Source: Schmidtea nova
Lineage: Eukaryota
DNA: 64,000 nucleotides
Reading direction: 5' to 3'
Assembly: GCA_044892505.1 (NCBI GenBank)
Contig: CM097882.1
Location: forward strand, 265,918,001-265,982,000
The position numbers and the translations under genes were made by a program. Under the pieces are notes generated by a model. It saw only the letters and a program-made list of their open reading frames with translations, was not told the origin of the DNA and searched no databases. Below, piece by piece: positions 1 to 12,433 of the stretch. How positions within the stretch are numbered: the stretch's first letter is position 1; the number at the start of each line of letters is the position of its first letter.

Positions 1-335
1 AATCAACCATTTAAATTATCCAAATTCGCTCCACTGTGTACATTATTTGTATAACATGTGGTATTTTTATACTGATATTTTCCTATCGATTTGAATACAA
101 TTACTATACATTGCTACAAAAATCACTAAATTTCGGTATTAAACTGATATAACTCAAATTGAGATTCCCTTTTAAAATTACTTGCACCTTTTTAATTGAT
201 ATTCATCATAAAACCTATACAATTATCAATTTAACCGTTTTAATGTATTATACCTCCATATTTCTTAGTATTCTCAAAAGTATAACACAATTTATCACGT
301 AATTATATAAAATCAGTATTGATAAATTTTCAATA

Positions 336-819
336 AAATAGCTACAAACTTTTTAGTTCAATAAAACTTACTCAAATATGTCGTTAACTTTGAAATAACT
401 CTTAAGAAACTGCATAAAATCCCCAATTAAAACGTGAAAATTTTATCAAATCTTATTAATCTTGATATTATTAATATCTTTACTAAATTATTACATGATC
501 CATCATTGAAAATTACATTATTATTCTGCTAAATTAAAATACCTGTAAATTAATTAAATTGTTAATAACAAAACACAATTTATGAAATAGCTACAAACTT
601 CTTAGTTCAATAAAACTTACTCAAATATGTCATTAATTCTGAAATAACTCTTAAGAAACTACATAAAATCCCCAATTAAAACGTGAAAATTTTATCAAAT
701 CTTATTAATCTTGATATTATTAATATCTTTACTAAATTATCACATGATCCATCATTGAAAATTACATTATTATTCTGGTATATATTAAAAAATCATTAAA
801 TTAATTAAATTGTTAATAA
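336..819. repeat. Tandem duplication, about 249-bp period, 2 copies
   Basis: AAATAGCTACAAACTT...AATTAAATTGTTAATAA occurs from 336 and again from 585 with few substitutions. Confidence 0.85.
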
Positions 820-1785
820 AAAGCTATGAAGTCATATATATTTTAAAATCCCATAAAAATGACCAAAAATCATTCCAATCATGACAAAAAGCTATTTTGT
901 CATATAATTTAAAATCACATAAAAATCACAACAAATCATTCAAAACTCAATATTCAAGTCATTATAGCTGATACTGACTATGCTTAGTGGCTTTGAGTTT
1001 CAAATTTTATCATAAAGTAATCAATAAATAAACCTAAAATTTGATATAATCTGAATTAAAAGTTTCGACCATTTAATTAACAAAGAATATTGAATTAACA
1101 CAAAATTATTTACGGTAAGACATTTCAAATTATCAACATTACTTGATTTACATCCTTAACTTCATTGAATTTCATAAAATCAATTAATTACATAAATTAC
1201 CTGTTAAAATTTATTTTACATCTAAATTCTTTCAATTATCATCATAAATTTTCCCTAATTCACTTAAAAATTGTAATGAAATTACTTTGGAAGTTATTTG
1301 AATTTTTATTAGTTTGCTATAAAATTATTATAATCAGTGTAATAATCGAAAATATTTATAATCACTGTAATAATCTAAATTTTAGTCATAACCTTTGATT
1401 AAATTGACATTAATTTCAATCTTAAATATATTTTAAATTTACTGAAATCAATAATTTGCATAAAATATTAATTGAGAGAAAATAAGTTGAAAATTTTAAA
1501 AAGGAATTTGAAATACAATCAATGTGTATTTCTAAAATATTAATTATGTTTAAATTTAGTTAGAATAAATTGTATTTAATTTTAGCAAATATTTAGTTTA
1601 TTTCGAAAAAAAGTTTATTTGAATTATTGCCAAATAAAAAGTCATGGTAACTAAATATAATTATAATATTATGATTTCAATTTTAATGTAAAATTAAATA
1701 CTGGTCATTTATAATTTGTGAAGAAATTCCTATTACTAATTTTAAAAAATCAGTTATTTTAAAAAATTTCTAATGGATTTCTAAT

Positions 1786-2215
1786 TGTGAGACCCCAGGT
1801 TTAACTCTCAAGGTTGAATAATTTTTTCTTTGACGTTTTTTATGAAAATTTTGTTAAGGAATCGGATTCAGCGTATTGAATTTGATATAAATAGAAATTT
1901 TGGTTAAAATCTGACAAGTATTAGTCGAGAAAATCATTTAAAATTTTTTTATATGTGAGAGGCCCAGGTTCAACTCCCACTTTGGACTAATTTTTTTTCC
2001 TATTTTTAGTAACAAATTCGGATTCAGCATATTGAATTTGATATAAATAGAAATTTTGGTTCAAATCTGACAAGTATTAGTCGAGTAAATCATTTAAAAT
2101 TTGTTTTTATATGTGAGAGGCCCAGGTTCAACTCCCACTTTGGACTAATTTTTTTTTCTATTTTTTGTAATAAATTCGGATTCAGCATATTGAATTTGAT
2201 ATGTATACAAGTTTT
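1786..2215. repeat. Tandem repeat, about 158-168-bp unit, about 2.5-3 copies, carrying a tRNA T-arm-like motif
   Basis: TGTGAGAGGCCCAGGTTCAACTCCC at 1954 and 2112, degenerate copy at 1786; shared flanks TCGGATTCAGC...CTGACAAGTATTAGTCGAG. Confidence 0.8.
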
Positions 2216-2580
2216 GATAAAAATCGGACCATAATTGACTAATATTGAAATAAAGATAAATTAATTAAAAAAATAAATTTGATTAATTTAAATAAAATTA
2301 TCAAATACTACTGATAAAGTAGTTAGTACACAGATTGTATAAATTTGTATATTTTTATATAAAAACCATTCCGGATTATTTTTTTACCATTAAGATACTT
2401 GATTACATAGTTCTTAAATAATGGCATGAATTAAGAATAAAAATATATGTTATATCTTTAAACTTTTATGGACTTCATGAAAGCATTACGAATCTGAATC
2501 CTTATGAGAAATCTTGCATTTATATAACTTGAAAACTAAATAATTATAATACTAATCTAGATTTTCGAAAGTTTAATGGA

Positions 2581-2960
2581 TCGCAGTTGAGCGCAGCGGG
2601 CGGATGGCAGATGGCGGTTGGTGGTCGGCGGTTGGCGGTTGGTTGTTGGCGGTGGGCGGTTAGTGATTACCTGATGGTGTGTTGGTCACTAAGTGTGCCG
2701 GTTACTATCCATAAGTGTGCTGGCCAATAAGCATGTCTGGCACGCGCGGATGATGCAATGGTCAATAAGTGTGCCGGGCACGTGCGAATGATGCAAAAAA
2801 TTTCTAAAAGTAGTAGTTGCCATTGGCAACACGTGCCATAAGTGTGTCTTTGCACAAGTGCACTGGTCACGTACGAGTGATGTAATGGTCAAGTGTCCGG
2901 TGTTATGTAACTTTAAAAAATTTAAGGGGGGGGTACTGTATCTGACGGGGACACATCCTA
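2581..2960 (+). mobile_element. GC-rich island with AAGTGTGCCGG-type sub-repeats ending in a polypurine tract plus TGT (possible 3' end of an LTR element)
   Basis: GGCGGTT repeats at 2610-2660; several AAGTGTG(C/T) motifs at 2690-2900; G-run PPT-like tract at 2924-2933, then TAC and TGT at 2937. Confidence 0.35.
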
Positions 2961-5551
2961 CTACTAATGAAATTCCCTTCAATTTTGATTTTTTCAAATT
3001 AGTAAATTAATTTCAAATTTTTTGTGTTCAATTAACATTTTCTCCTTTTAGCAACTCAAATCTCCTGAGGTGGAAGATCACTTCTCCACCGAACTGAAGC
3101 AAGCGTCAATGCAAATCGCTGCTCTCGCCTATCAGTAGATAATCAAAATCGACTTTAATAATTTCTAAACTAAAGTAACTTCCACATTATTTTCTTTGGT
3201 TTATTATTAAGATTTTTATTTTTAGCATCAATTTACCCTGAGGTTTCTCCACATTTACTGGGTTTCGTTTAGAATTTTTTGATTCTATGAAAGTTTCGCT
3301 TTGGATTTTAACCTGCCCTTCGTTATATTCTCTGGTACGGTTAGCTATGTGATTAATTTTATCAATTTTCCATGGTTTCACTTTTGATGGACTTAATACG
3401 ATTTACTGTAATCTTTTCTATTGTATAAATTTGTAAATAAAATTTTCTTTAAAAATATTTTCTTTGATTTTATTTTTATCATTATTAGTAATGCTCTATG
3501 ATTTTATTGTGAATCGATTGGATTGTCTTTATTGGTACGACACCAAAACATTTTTAAAGTAATAAAGCTTTTTATTAGGTATGGATATAAATCGTTGGCA
3601 AGTTAATGAATGAATGGGACAGAGATTTCATATGCCGTTGACTTACAATGTGAGTTCTTGGTTTACAGATATTTCGGGTTTTATTTGGGACTAAATAAAG
3701 TTCAAGTTCGCGAGTTTTCCTTTTTTTTAATATAATTTATTACAAAAAAAATATATATTGTTCGTGTATGTTTTTCTTTAAGTGAAAATTTCAGTATTCC
3801 ACCGATTTTTAGCATACTTATGATTATCTGGCAGTTCGAATTATGCTTTAAGTACTAGGTCGCGTTGATTTTCGATTTTGGGAGGGGTGATTTTGGTTTC
3901 GGTGTTCATTTAGGAACCGTTAGGGGTTAAATACTATCTCAGGGGCCTTTGTTGAGTTAGCTATATCAAAACCAATTTTTTGTCGAAGTGAATTGTATTC
4001 AAATTTGTATGGATGTGGGACATGTTGTGGTTCGGCGAGGTAAATTGAAAACAAGTTCGGGGGTGTGTGTATGTATATTTTATAGTACGTTTGAAATGAA
4101 TGCCTTATTGTTAAGATTTTTTGGGATTTTGTGTGTTTGTATGTTGGGAATGATACTGTGGTAATAGGCTATAAACAATGGGCGGGATTATATGAATATT
4201 TGTGGGGATCGTCTGGATGTATGTTGCTAGCGGATATCGTGAGATGAAATCATGTTGTGTATGTTGGTGAGTGAATGTATTGTTTATGGGATTATTTGAT
4301 ATAGAAAATCCTATTGATTGAAATGTGGTAGGGTGTGTGTGTTGGTGACTGAATGTATTTTGTATTGTATCAAGTATGGGTGTTACTATTGAATGAAATG
4401 GGTGTAAATTTTTGCAAATAAGGATGCATTATGATTTGGAGATATCGTGGGGGTATTTTATGAAGTAATATAAATTTTATAAATACTAAATATTTTCAGA
4501 AATTACAATAATAATAATATTTTTATTATGATTTTATAAATTTTTAAATTTATAATTTTATGAAAATAATAAAATTTCTAAATTTTTATAATTTACATTT
4601 CGAATTCAAATTTTTATATTTTAATATATATATTAATCGTAAAATTTTTCTATAAAATCTCGAACTTAAAATTTTACAAAATGATAAAAATTTTCAATAT
4701 AATAATATTCTCGATTTACAATTTTTATGGGTTTCAATACAAGTTTTGATTTATAAATTCTTAGGAATTTTATAAGATGACAAAATCTTTTATATAATAA
4801 CAGTGTCTTAGATTGGTAATTTTTAGATGTTCGATATAATTTTTTTGATTTACAAATTCTTTGGAAACCAATTTTTTGGTTCACAATTTTTTATAAAAAA
4901 TTTTTCAATATAATAAAAAGTAAATTTTTATTTTTTGATCAACACGAAATCCACATAATAATAAATTTTTATCCATAAATTTAGAAATCCAAATAAGCAT
5001 TCAACCTAAAGGTTTTATATACTGAATAAAAATATAAAAATAAAATAAGTTATCAATTTTTCATGAATACTTTTTTCGACATAGAGTAAAGTGAACTTCG
5101 GTTTCGTTCAAGCATGAATTTCCCAATCAAAGTGCGCGCGAATTTTTCGGGACACTTCACTTAGGAACTTCAGGCTCCCGAAAACAAGGTTCACTGGAAA
5201 ATTATTTAGATAATAAATGAGGTTTAATTCAGATTAATCAACACTTGTCTTCACAGTTCATTTCATTTCGTGATCATTATATCAGTTTTGAGCATTATTT
5301 CATATGATTCTTTTTCCAACATTAGCTTCCATTTACTTGCGTTTCGGATAAGATGACAGTTGTTGCAAGAGTGAAGGCGACGACGAGTAAAATGTTCTTG
5401 TTCCATTATTTTTCCTAATGGAAAAGACATTGCTGGAGAGAATCGTCTTTACGTTTACATGTGGTATTAATTTTTAAATGATAAATATGTCAGAAATTAT
5501 AAATTCAGATAAACTACACTTATTATAAATTAAATATCATTAATATAACAA

Positions 5552-6810
5552 CTTGCCTTTGGCCAAGCCACTGTTCCCCAGTTGGGATGAAGTGAACATG
5601 GATGTTTAGGCTATTCACCTGGACTCGGAAATATGGGCTGATCGATTTACGTATCGAACCAGCGATCCGCTCAGGCTACTTCCACCCGATCGGCACAAGG
5701 CCAGACACAGGCTTCAGGGGGTACGGAAACAAAAATAAATTAATTATACTTGTCTTTCTGCAACCAAATTTTTAAATAAATATTAATTTAATATGAGTAT
5801 TTGTGACAGTAAAACATATAGAATTAACATTTCATATAGATTTAGTGTAATAATTTATTCAATAATAAAAAAATTGATATTACATATAAATGAGTTAAAT
5901 CCATAATAAATAAATAAATGAATAATTAAATATATAAAATAACTAAAATACTGGGCATGAGATGATCAACGGGCATGACGCTTGATGATCTCATCCCCAG
6001 GAAAAGATTAAAAATAAAAATAACCTCTTACGTTACTGTTCCACGATGCGGGATAATATTACAAATTTTTCACAAATTCTTTCTTTAAAAATTTATATTC
6101 AAATTCTGCTCAGTTCTAAATACTGCTAAATTGAAAATCTTACGATTCTAAAAATTTCCACTAAATTCTGATTATTGCCATTTTGATGGCGGTATATATA
6201 CCATCGATTTTCGTCACCTTCACCAGTGTAATAAAACAAATTATTCTAGAATTTTCCTTTTAATTTTTCTAATTTAATTCTAATGATTTTCCAAAAATTA
6301 AATCCATATTTTTGTGTAATAATTTTTTACAAAACACAAATAATTTATTTTAATTCAAATTTTTTATTTTTGAATCGAAATTTGTTCGATTTGATTTAAT
6401 TTACGATATTTCGATTAATATTAGTTCTTTTTATTGTTAATGTGAAATATTTTGATAAAATCACAATTTTCGGCTAAAATTTTGTTAATTTTTTCTGCAT
6501 GAAGGTTTTATAACACAATTCCGTTTTTATGGGTATTTTCAATGGGTTTTCCGCCTATTCTAACTTTTAAACGTTCTTCTTTTGATGGCATTTGATTTTT
6601 CTCGAGGTTTCAATGTAAGGGCTTTCAGACTCACAGCTAGCGCGGTCTCTACTGGTTGATGTGTTTTGAGTTCGCTTCAACTTTTGGTGTTTTTCACTTA
6701 ATCGTTTGGATTTTTAATGGATGTTTGAGTTAAAACTGAATCTTGCGCGCTCTCTACCTATGGGGTTATTGCTTTAATTAAACAATTTGTGGTTTTTGCC
6801 CAACAAATTT
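5552..6810 (-). repeat. Dispersed repeat copy 1 (inverted homologue of 62245-63600); decayed ORF1-like 5' part and GC-rich block
   Basis: Reverse complement aligns by eye with 62245-62885 and 63437-63600. Decayed frame MPSKEERLKVRIGGKPIEN, with synonymous differences between copies (TTA AAA vs TTG AAG). Confidence 0.8.
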
Positions 6811-7023
6811 AAGGTAATCTACATAAAAATTACTGCACATCAAAAATGCAATCAAATTGCCATTCAACAATGGAAAAATTATTACACCAAAAAGTATTAT
6901 CTATGTCCATATTTTGAAGCTCTTTTCAGAACCCCTTATAAAATCTTTTATTATGACCACAATCACTATATAAAATCATTTATTACAAACAAAAAATCTC
7001 CATTTAAAAAATAATTTAACAAT

Positions 7024-7320
7024 GGTATGATAGACGTACCTAGTAAAAAACAAAAACTTAATGATAACATCATAATTATAGTTGAATCTGATGATGATGA
7101 CGATGTTATTATTATTTATAAAGGTGATGTGAGGGAAGAAGTGGTATAAGCAGTGGAAGCTGTTGAAGCGAGGTATGATAGACGTACCTAGTAAAAAACA
7201 AAAACTTAATGATAACATCATAATTATAGTTGAATCTGATGATGATGACTATGTTATTATTATTTATAAAGGTGATGTGAGGGAAGAAGTGGTATAAGCA
7301 GTGGAAGCTGTTGAAGCGAG
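7024..7320. repeat. 148-bp near-perfect tandem duplication
   Basis: GGTATGATAGACGTACC...GTTGAAGCGAG twice; only one substitution seen (GACGAT vs GACTAT). Confidence 0.95.
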
Positions 7321-7413
7321 GGAAGAAGTTGGACAACCTGATGAATGGGATGATTTTCAAATAGTTGATGAATGGCAACCTAGTGAAGAAATCGAATCTG
7401 ATTTAAATAACTG

Positions 7414-8143
7414 TGTTGGGTTCTGGGGTTGTTGGTGAAATGGTAAAAGTGACCAATCAAATATCTGACTCCAAGCGTGCCTTTATTGACAAATAACAAT
7501 AACAATTAACACTGTAAAATTTTATTGAATATCACAATTATTTTCTTAACACGGAATTGACCAAATCAACAGATTAACAACTGATTACACGGTGCTTATT
7601 ACGACATGATGGGGAAGAATAGCACTTTGTATCATCTTGGCTCAAACTATCACTCACCACTGATGGATACAATAATTGGTAATTTGGCTGGTTGTTTTCT
7701 TTATTTGACTTGGATTTACTCTGAATTTTATTCGATTGTCAACTGAATCAGCTCCTGTTGTTTATTTTCTCTGAGTTTCTTTTTAAGCCTTGTCGTGGGT
7801 TTCTGTACAATTCTCTTCACTTCTAATTCAATTATTCTACTTCACACCATCTCCTTACAATATTCAGTTCACAATTTCTCTAACAACTTTTGTTTCACAA
7901 CTTCAGTTCACAATATTTTGTTTCACACTCCTCTAATAACTTCTGTAACAGTTTCTTTCTACACTTCTGCTCTCAAATATGCTATCTAAAATTCTCGCTT
8001 CTGTCTAATCTTCTGTCTAAAAATTCTTACTTCTGTTTAAAATTCTGTCTAAAATTCTGATCTCTTCTGCTGCGTCTCTCCTTTTATATCTCGTCACTTT
8101 GTGGCACTTTATATTATCACTCGTTATTCCATTTTTTCCAACA
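7414..8143 (-). mobile_element. Possible solo or truncated LTR
   Basis: On the minus strand a purine tract is followed by TGTTGG at 8143, then TATAAAAGG, AATAAA and CCAACA at 7414/7430. No TSD found. Confidence 0.3.
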
Positions 8144-9599
8144 TAATTTCCCTTTCATTTTTCCAGCACGGAGTTATCTTTGACGAGTTTTAACGAGAAC
8201 GAAGACGAAAATCACAAGGAGACGTAAAGATTTGTTTGAATACGCAGAAATTTGAGTATAATAGATTTTTAAAATAAAGCGTGATTTTCTTGTCTTTATA
8301 GACACAACAATGAGTAATTATAACCCGCGATGTATCTCACTCACCTGCATTATAGGTGAACGGATTCATTGAAACACGGTGTACAATAAAATCATCTCCT
8401 ACATACAATCATTAGAGCAGAAAATTCATCCCAAGTCTAACATAGGATACAAACACACAAACTTGCAATTACTACAAAATATTGGCCGTTCAATCTGTTA
8501 AGGTATTTACCATTTATTAACTTGTATCTCATAACATCCTACTTACAATAACCCATTGAATCCATCCCTAACACCACATGATAATAACAATTTCACATTT
8601 AAACAAGGTATCACCCTCTATAATTTCATTGGTTTTAATTGTACTCTACACATTCTTACGAATGCGTTTACCTAGCCTACTCATGGTTATATGAGTAGCT
8701 CGTTAATAACACGATGTCTTGATCTCATTTTACTAGTGGTTCTATTGTATCGTCACCGACTATGGCACGGGTAAATGTCATAAAAACTCATTATTATCCA
8801 AATGCATAAACCCTGAACTCCGAAGACATTAAATTTATTCAAAATATCTTTATTAAATAACAAATTATTATGTTTATTCATAAATAATCTTGACGATCGT
8901 CCATCAAGTTGCAATCCATCCAGTTCACATCGACTAAAATTCCAGATGTTATGGAGATTTGCATTATATTAGACTTACAAGAATCTCGAGAGAAAGGAAG
9001 AGAGAAATAATTGAGAAATCAAATTCTCCATTTAAGCACATGAGATAAGTCATTCGATGACAAGTTTCCTTGAGATTGGTAGGAAGCCGCTACTTCAGAT
9101 GTGGAAAAATTTGAGAAATTTTCTCCATCAGCAAAAGGTCATTGAGAGAAAATCAAATCGACATCCATAAAACTCCTGATAGTCCTTGCACAATCAAGAA
9201 CGTCCTCGGTAGAGAGCTTGAGTGATCAGGACGATTATTGCTATCGAGTTATTAGTGAAAAAATGACCATGAGGTAGTGAGAGAAATTCCGTAGATTTGG
9301 TCAGTTATAATGAGTTTTTCTATGGTTAACCTGCTTCTTGAATTTTTCTGTTGTATTTTGCAGCTATTCGTGATAAAAATAACAATTGAATAAGAGAAAA
9401 TTACAAATTTTACCTATTTTCGATTGAGAATGGGAATCCGTCTTTCTAAATTTAGAATTTATTAATCGATAATTTTTAAAAAAAAATCAAACCTACTTAT
9501 CATAATTCAACCAATAGAAAACGGAGGCTATAGCTTTAAACAACAGGAATATAGAATAATTTAATAATAAAAAATTTCTACAAATTAAAATATTTTTGT

Positions 9600-9667
9600 A
9601 AATAGGGTTCCGTCAAAAATTTGAAATCAAAAAGGGTGTCGCGATGAAAAAACTTTGGGAAACGCTG
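9600..9667. mobile_element. Orphan hAT (Buster-type) MITE right end
   Basis: GGGTGTCGCGATGAAAAAACTTTGGGAAACGCTG resembles Buster/Charlie subterminal plus TIR ends; no partner TIR seen. Confidence 0.4.
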
Positions 9668-10470
9668 CCTTACTGCATTACTTTTTTTGAAATTCTTCTT
9701 GTAAATTCTTCTGACAGGTAGATACTTATCATTGGCAAATGCAAAACTTACAGTAATTAACATGTAACTGCGAGGAATTTTTGGTCATGTATTGGTTGGG
9801 TGTTGATAGCAATGTATACCAGTATTTGACAGATAATTTTTAGAACCAACATACTTTTAGTTGCTTTTTATATGATGTAGCTGATGTGCTACAGTATGCA
9901 GTAAGGGGTTAATATTTATTAATTAATAAGCATAATTGTTTTGTTATTTTATTTTAAATTAATTTTGAAAGTTTATACATTTTGAAAGTATTACTTTTTT
10001 GTTTAAATAATCTTTTAACAAATGCATCGTCCATTTTAAAAATTTATATTCTTATAATTTTGTAAATTTTCTAGTAATTTGTTAAAGTAATAATGCTTTA
10101 AAATTTTAATATTAATAATATGTTATTAATTATTAAGATAACTCTAATAATGACTCATTATAATAATTTGCAATTGCTTATTGTTTTATTGCAATAAATA
10201 TATTTGAATTGAATATAAATATAGCATGATAAAATTCACAATATAATGCTTAAACATAATTGTGATCATGTCTTAAGATTAGTGACAACAATGTACAAGA
10301 GTGTCCTAAATGCGCTTCATTTGTTGTGATGAAAATTTGCCAAATTACTCAGAAAAGAACATTAAAATCATACTAAATTCTATAGTCACAGATGAATTAG
10401 TTATTGATTTTAGTTAAATCAACCAAACTTCTTTATAAATAAATTGACCTTCTGGAACATTATAGAATTA

Positions 10471-10543
10471 TCTGAAATTTTTGCCGTTTGTGGATAAACC
10501 AAATTCTCTGAAAATTTTGCCGTTTGTGGATAAACCAAATTCT
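10471..10543. repeat. 36-bp tandem duplication
   Basis: TCTGAAA(T/A)TTTTGCCGTTTGTGGATAAACCAAATTC x2, no spacer. Confidence 0.9.
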
Positions 10544-11574
10544 AAAGTCCAGAGCAGTATGTTATTTGATCATTTAATAATATTTTTATTTCCACCTAAA
10601 TTATGTTTTTAATATTTAAAATTCCTTTTTAGTTAACAGATTAGTGATTGAAGTTATCGACTTATTTAAATTGTATTTAAAGTATAAACCTATATAATAT
10701 TATGTGATTGCTGAAAATGTATCAATTTATCGAACACTGTTCACTAAATGAGATACTTCAAGATCAAAATCAAAAGTGAAAATTTTATGACATGCCACAT
10801 CTCTTAATATTTGCCACTTTTAACTTTGCCATATAAATAGCTTTGAATATCTCTCTCACGGGTTTCCGCATAGATATTACTCTGGTCATCCAACAAATAG
10901 TTAAAATTAAAATTAAATTTTAACATTTCTAAACTTTTTTTATAACAAATGGAGTTATTCATTCATTTCATCTACCGGATTTATCCCTCCCTCCTAACCA
11001 CTGCTTATTGTCTTTGGAAATGTCTCATTAACTATTAATAAATTACCTTGGTTTGCGTTTTCCAAGTTTTTCAGACCCACATTGCTAACATGATTTTTTC
11101 TGCCGATAGTACTGTGGGATGCTTGGTTTCTCAATCATATTAAACCAGTTTTTAATTAGGAATCTCCATTCTGGGTCCTTTAGTATTTTTGGCATAATTC
11201 TTTTCATATGCTGGTTTGAATACAACCTTTTAATGCATCCTTGGCAGGCAGAAACTTTTCATGTTTCATAGAAGTTGTCCTTGATCATTCGATGGACGTT
11301 CTTGGATAGATCTTTCACATCGTGTATGGCTGTGGTTTTCTCTTTGGTTGAGAATTTTGTTCGGGTACCTAGTCAGTTGTTTTTGATTATGAATTTGATT
11401 TTTATTTAGTGTGATTGGACCAGGCTTTTAATAATGTTTTTTGATTCTAGTTTGCCAAGTTGATTTGGTGCCATACTTTGTTGACGCTGGCCATATATAT
11501 ATATATATATATAATCATAATTATCTTTTTTCACCTTTGATCTTTTTTTATTATTATTATCAATAATTCCCATA

Positions 11575-11735
11575 ATGACTATAGATCAAAAATTTTTTAT
11601 AAACAATAACACAATATTTTGGCACAGCCTTTATCAAGTGTGTATTTGAAATACATATATTGAAATACACACTTGATAAAGGCTGAGCCGAAATATTGTG
11701 TTATTGTTTATAAAAAAATTTAGATCTACAGTCAT
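11575..11735. repeat. Fold-back (inverted) repeat of a Penelope-type terminal segment, flanked by (TA)n
   Basis: Arms 11575-11647 and 11663-11735 are reverse-complementary; (TA)n runs at about 11494-11512 and 11748-11770. Confidence 0.85.
11669..11701 (+). ncRNA. Minimal type I hammerhead ribozyme motif, U3-A8 core variant (Penelope-associated type)
   Basis: ACAC TTGATAA A GGC-TGA-GCC GAA ATAT T GTGT: stem I ACAC/GTGT, core UUGAUAA, stem II GGC/GCC, GAA, palindromic stem III ATAT, cleavage triplet AUU. Confidence 0.6.
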
Positions 11736-11992
11736 CATTATTGATAATATATATATATATATATATATATAAATAATTTTAAATTTCACAATGAAACTGC
11801 AATTATCTCACATTTATACTAACTATAAGGTTAGGGGTTAAAGACATGAAACATTTGGAAAACGCCGATATAGGTAACTTAGTGAGACATTGCCAAAGAT
11901 AGTGAGCAATGGTGACAAGGGAAGGGAAAACTTTATCGAAATCATGGAGAAAATTAATTTTAAAAGATGAATAACACCAAGAAATGACCCAA

Positions 11993-12324
11993 NNNNNNNN
12001 NNNNNNNNNNNNNNNNNNNNNNNNNNNNNNNNNNNNNNNNNNNNNNNNNNNNNNNNNNNNNNNNNNNNNNNNNNNNNNNNNNNNNNNNNNNNNNNNNNNN
12101 NNNNNNNNNNNNNNNNNNNNNNNNNNNNNNNNNNNNNNNNNNNNNNNNNNNNNNNNNNNNNNNNNNNNNNNNNNNNNNNNNNNNNNNNNNNNNNNNNNNN
12201 NNNNNNNNNNNNNNNNNNNNNNNNNNNNNNNNNNNNNNNNNNNNNNNNNNNNNNNNNNNNNNNNNNNNNNNNNNNNNNNNNNNNNNNNNNNNNNNNNNNN
12301 NNNNNNNNNNNNNNNNNNNNNNNN
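11993..12324. other. Assembly gap
   Basis: Run of N. Confidence 1.
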
Positions 12325-12366
12325 ATAGAAATATATTTCAAGGACATAGTCCTCATCATCAGTCTG
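12325..12366 (-). ncRNA. Minimal hammerhead ribozyme motif with canonical CUGAUGA core, just 3' of the Penelope ORF
   Basis: CAGA CTGATGA T GAGGAC-TAT-GTCCTT GAA ATATAT T TCTA, about 70 nt after the GIY-YIG stop codon and on the same strand. Confidence 0.65.
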
Positions 12367-12433
12367 CCATCATAATCTAAATCAAATGCTATATACGGAA
12401 ACAGTAATGACGTAATGGCTATGATTTAATGAG

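Noticed and set aside
1954-1985. Functional tRNA gene
   Set aside because: No acceptor stem, D-arm or anticodon arm; only a T-arm-like piece.
3560-4450. G/T-skewed region as a LINE endonuclease remnant
   Set aside because: Minus-strand frames give SIY-like words but no GDFN or SDH motifs; not supportable.
10471-10543. 36-bp repeat as a CRISPR array
   Set aside because: Two adjacent copies with no spacer, in a eukaryotic context with no cas genes.
11828-11842. GGTTAGGGGTTA as a telomeric repeat near the Penelope element
   Set aside because: Only one and a half imperfect units; it fits chance or a piggyBac-type AGGGGTTAA end equally well.
11838-12359. ORFs listed across N-gaps (also 41591-42022 and 56393-56907)
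   Set aside because: They are open only because of X runs; not real genes.
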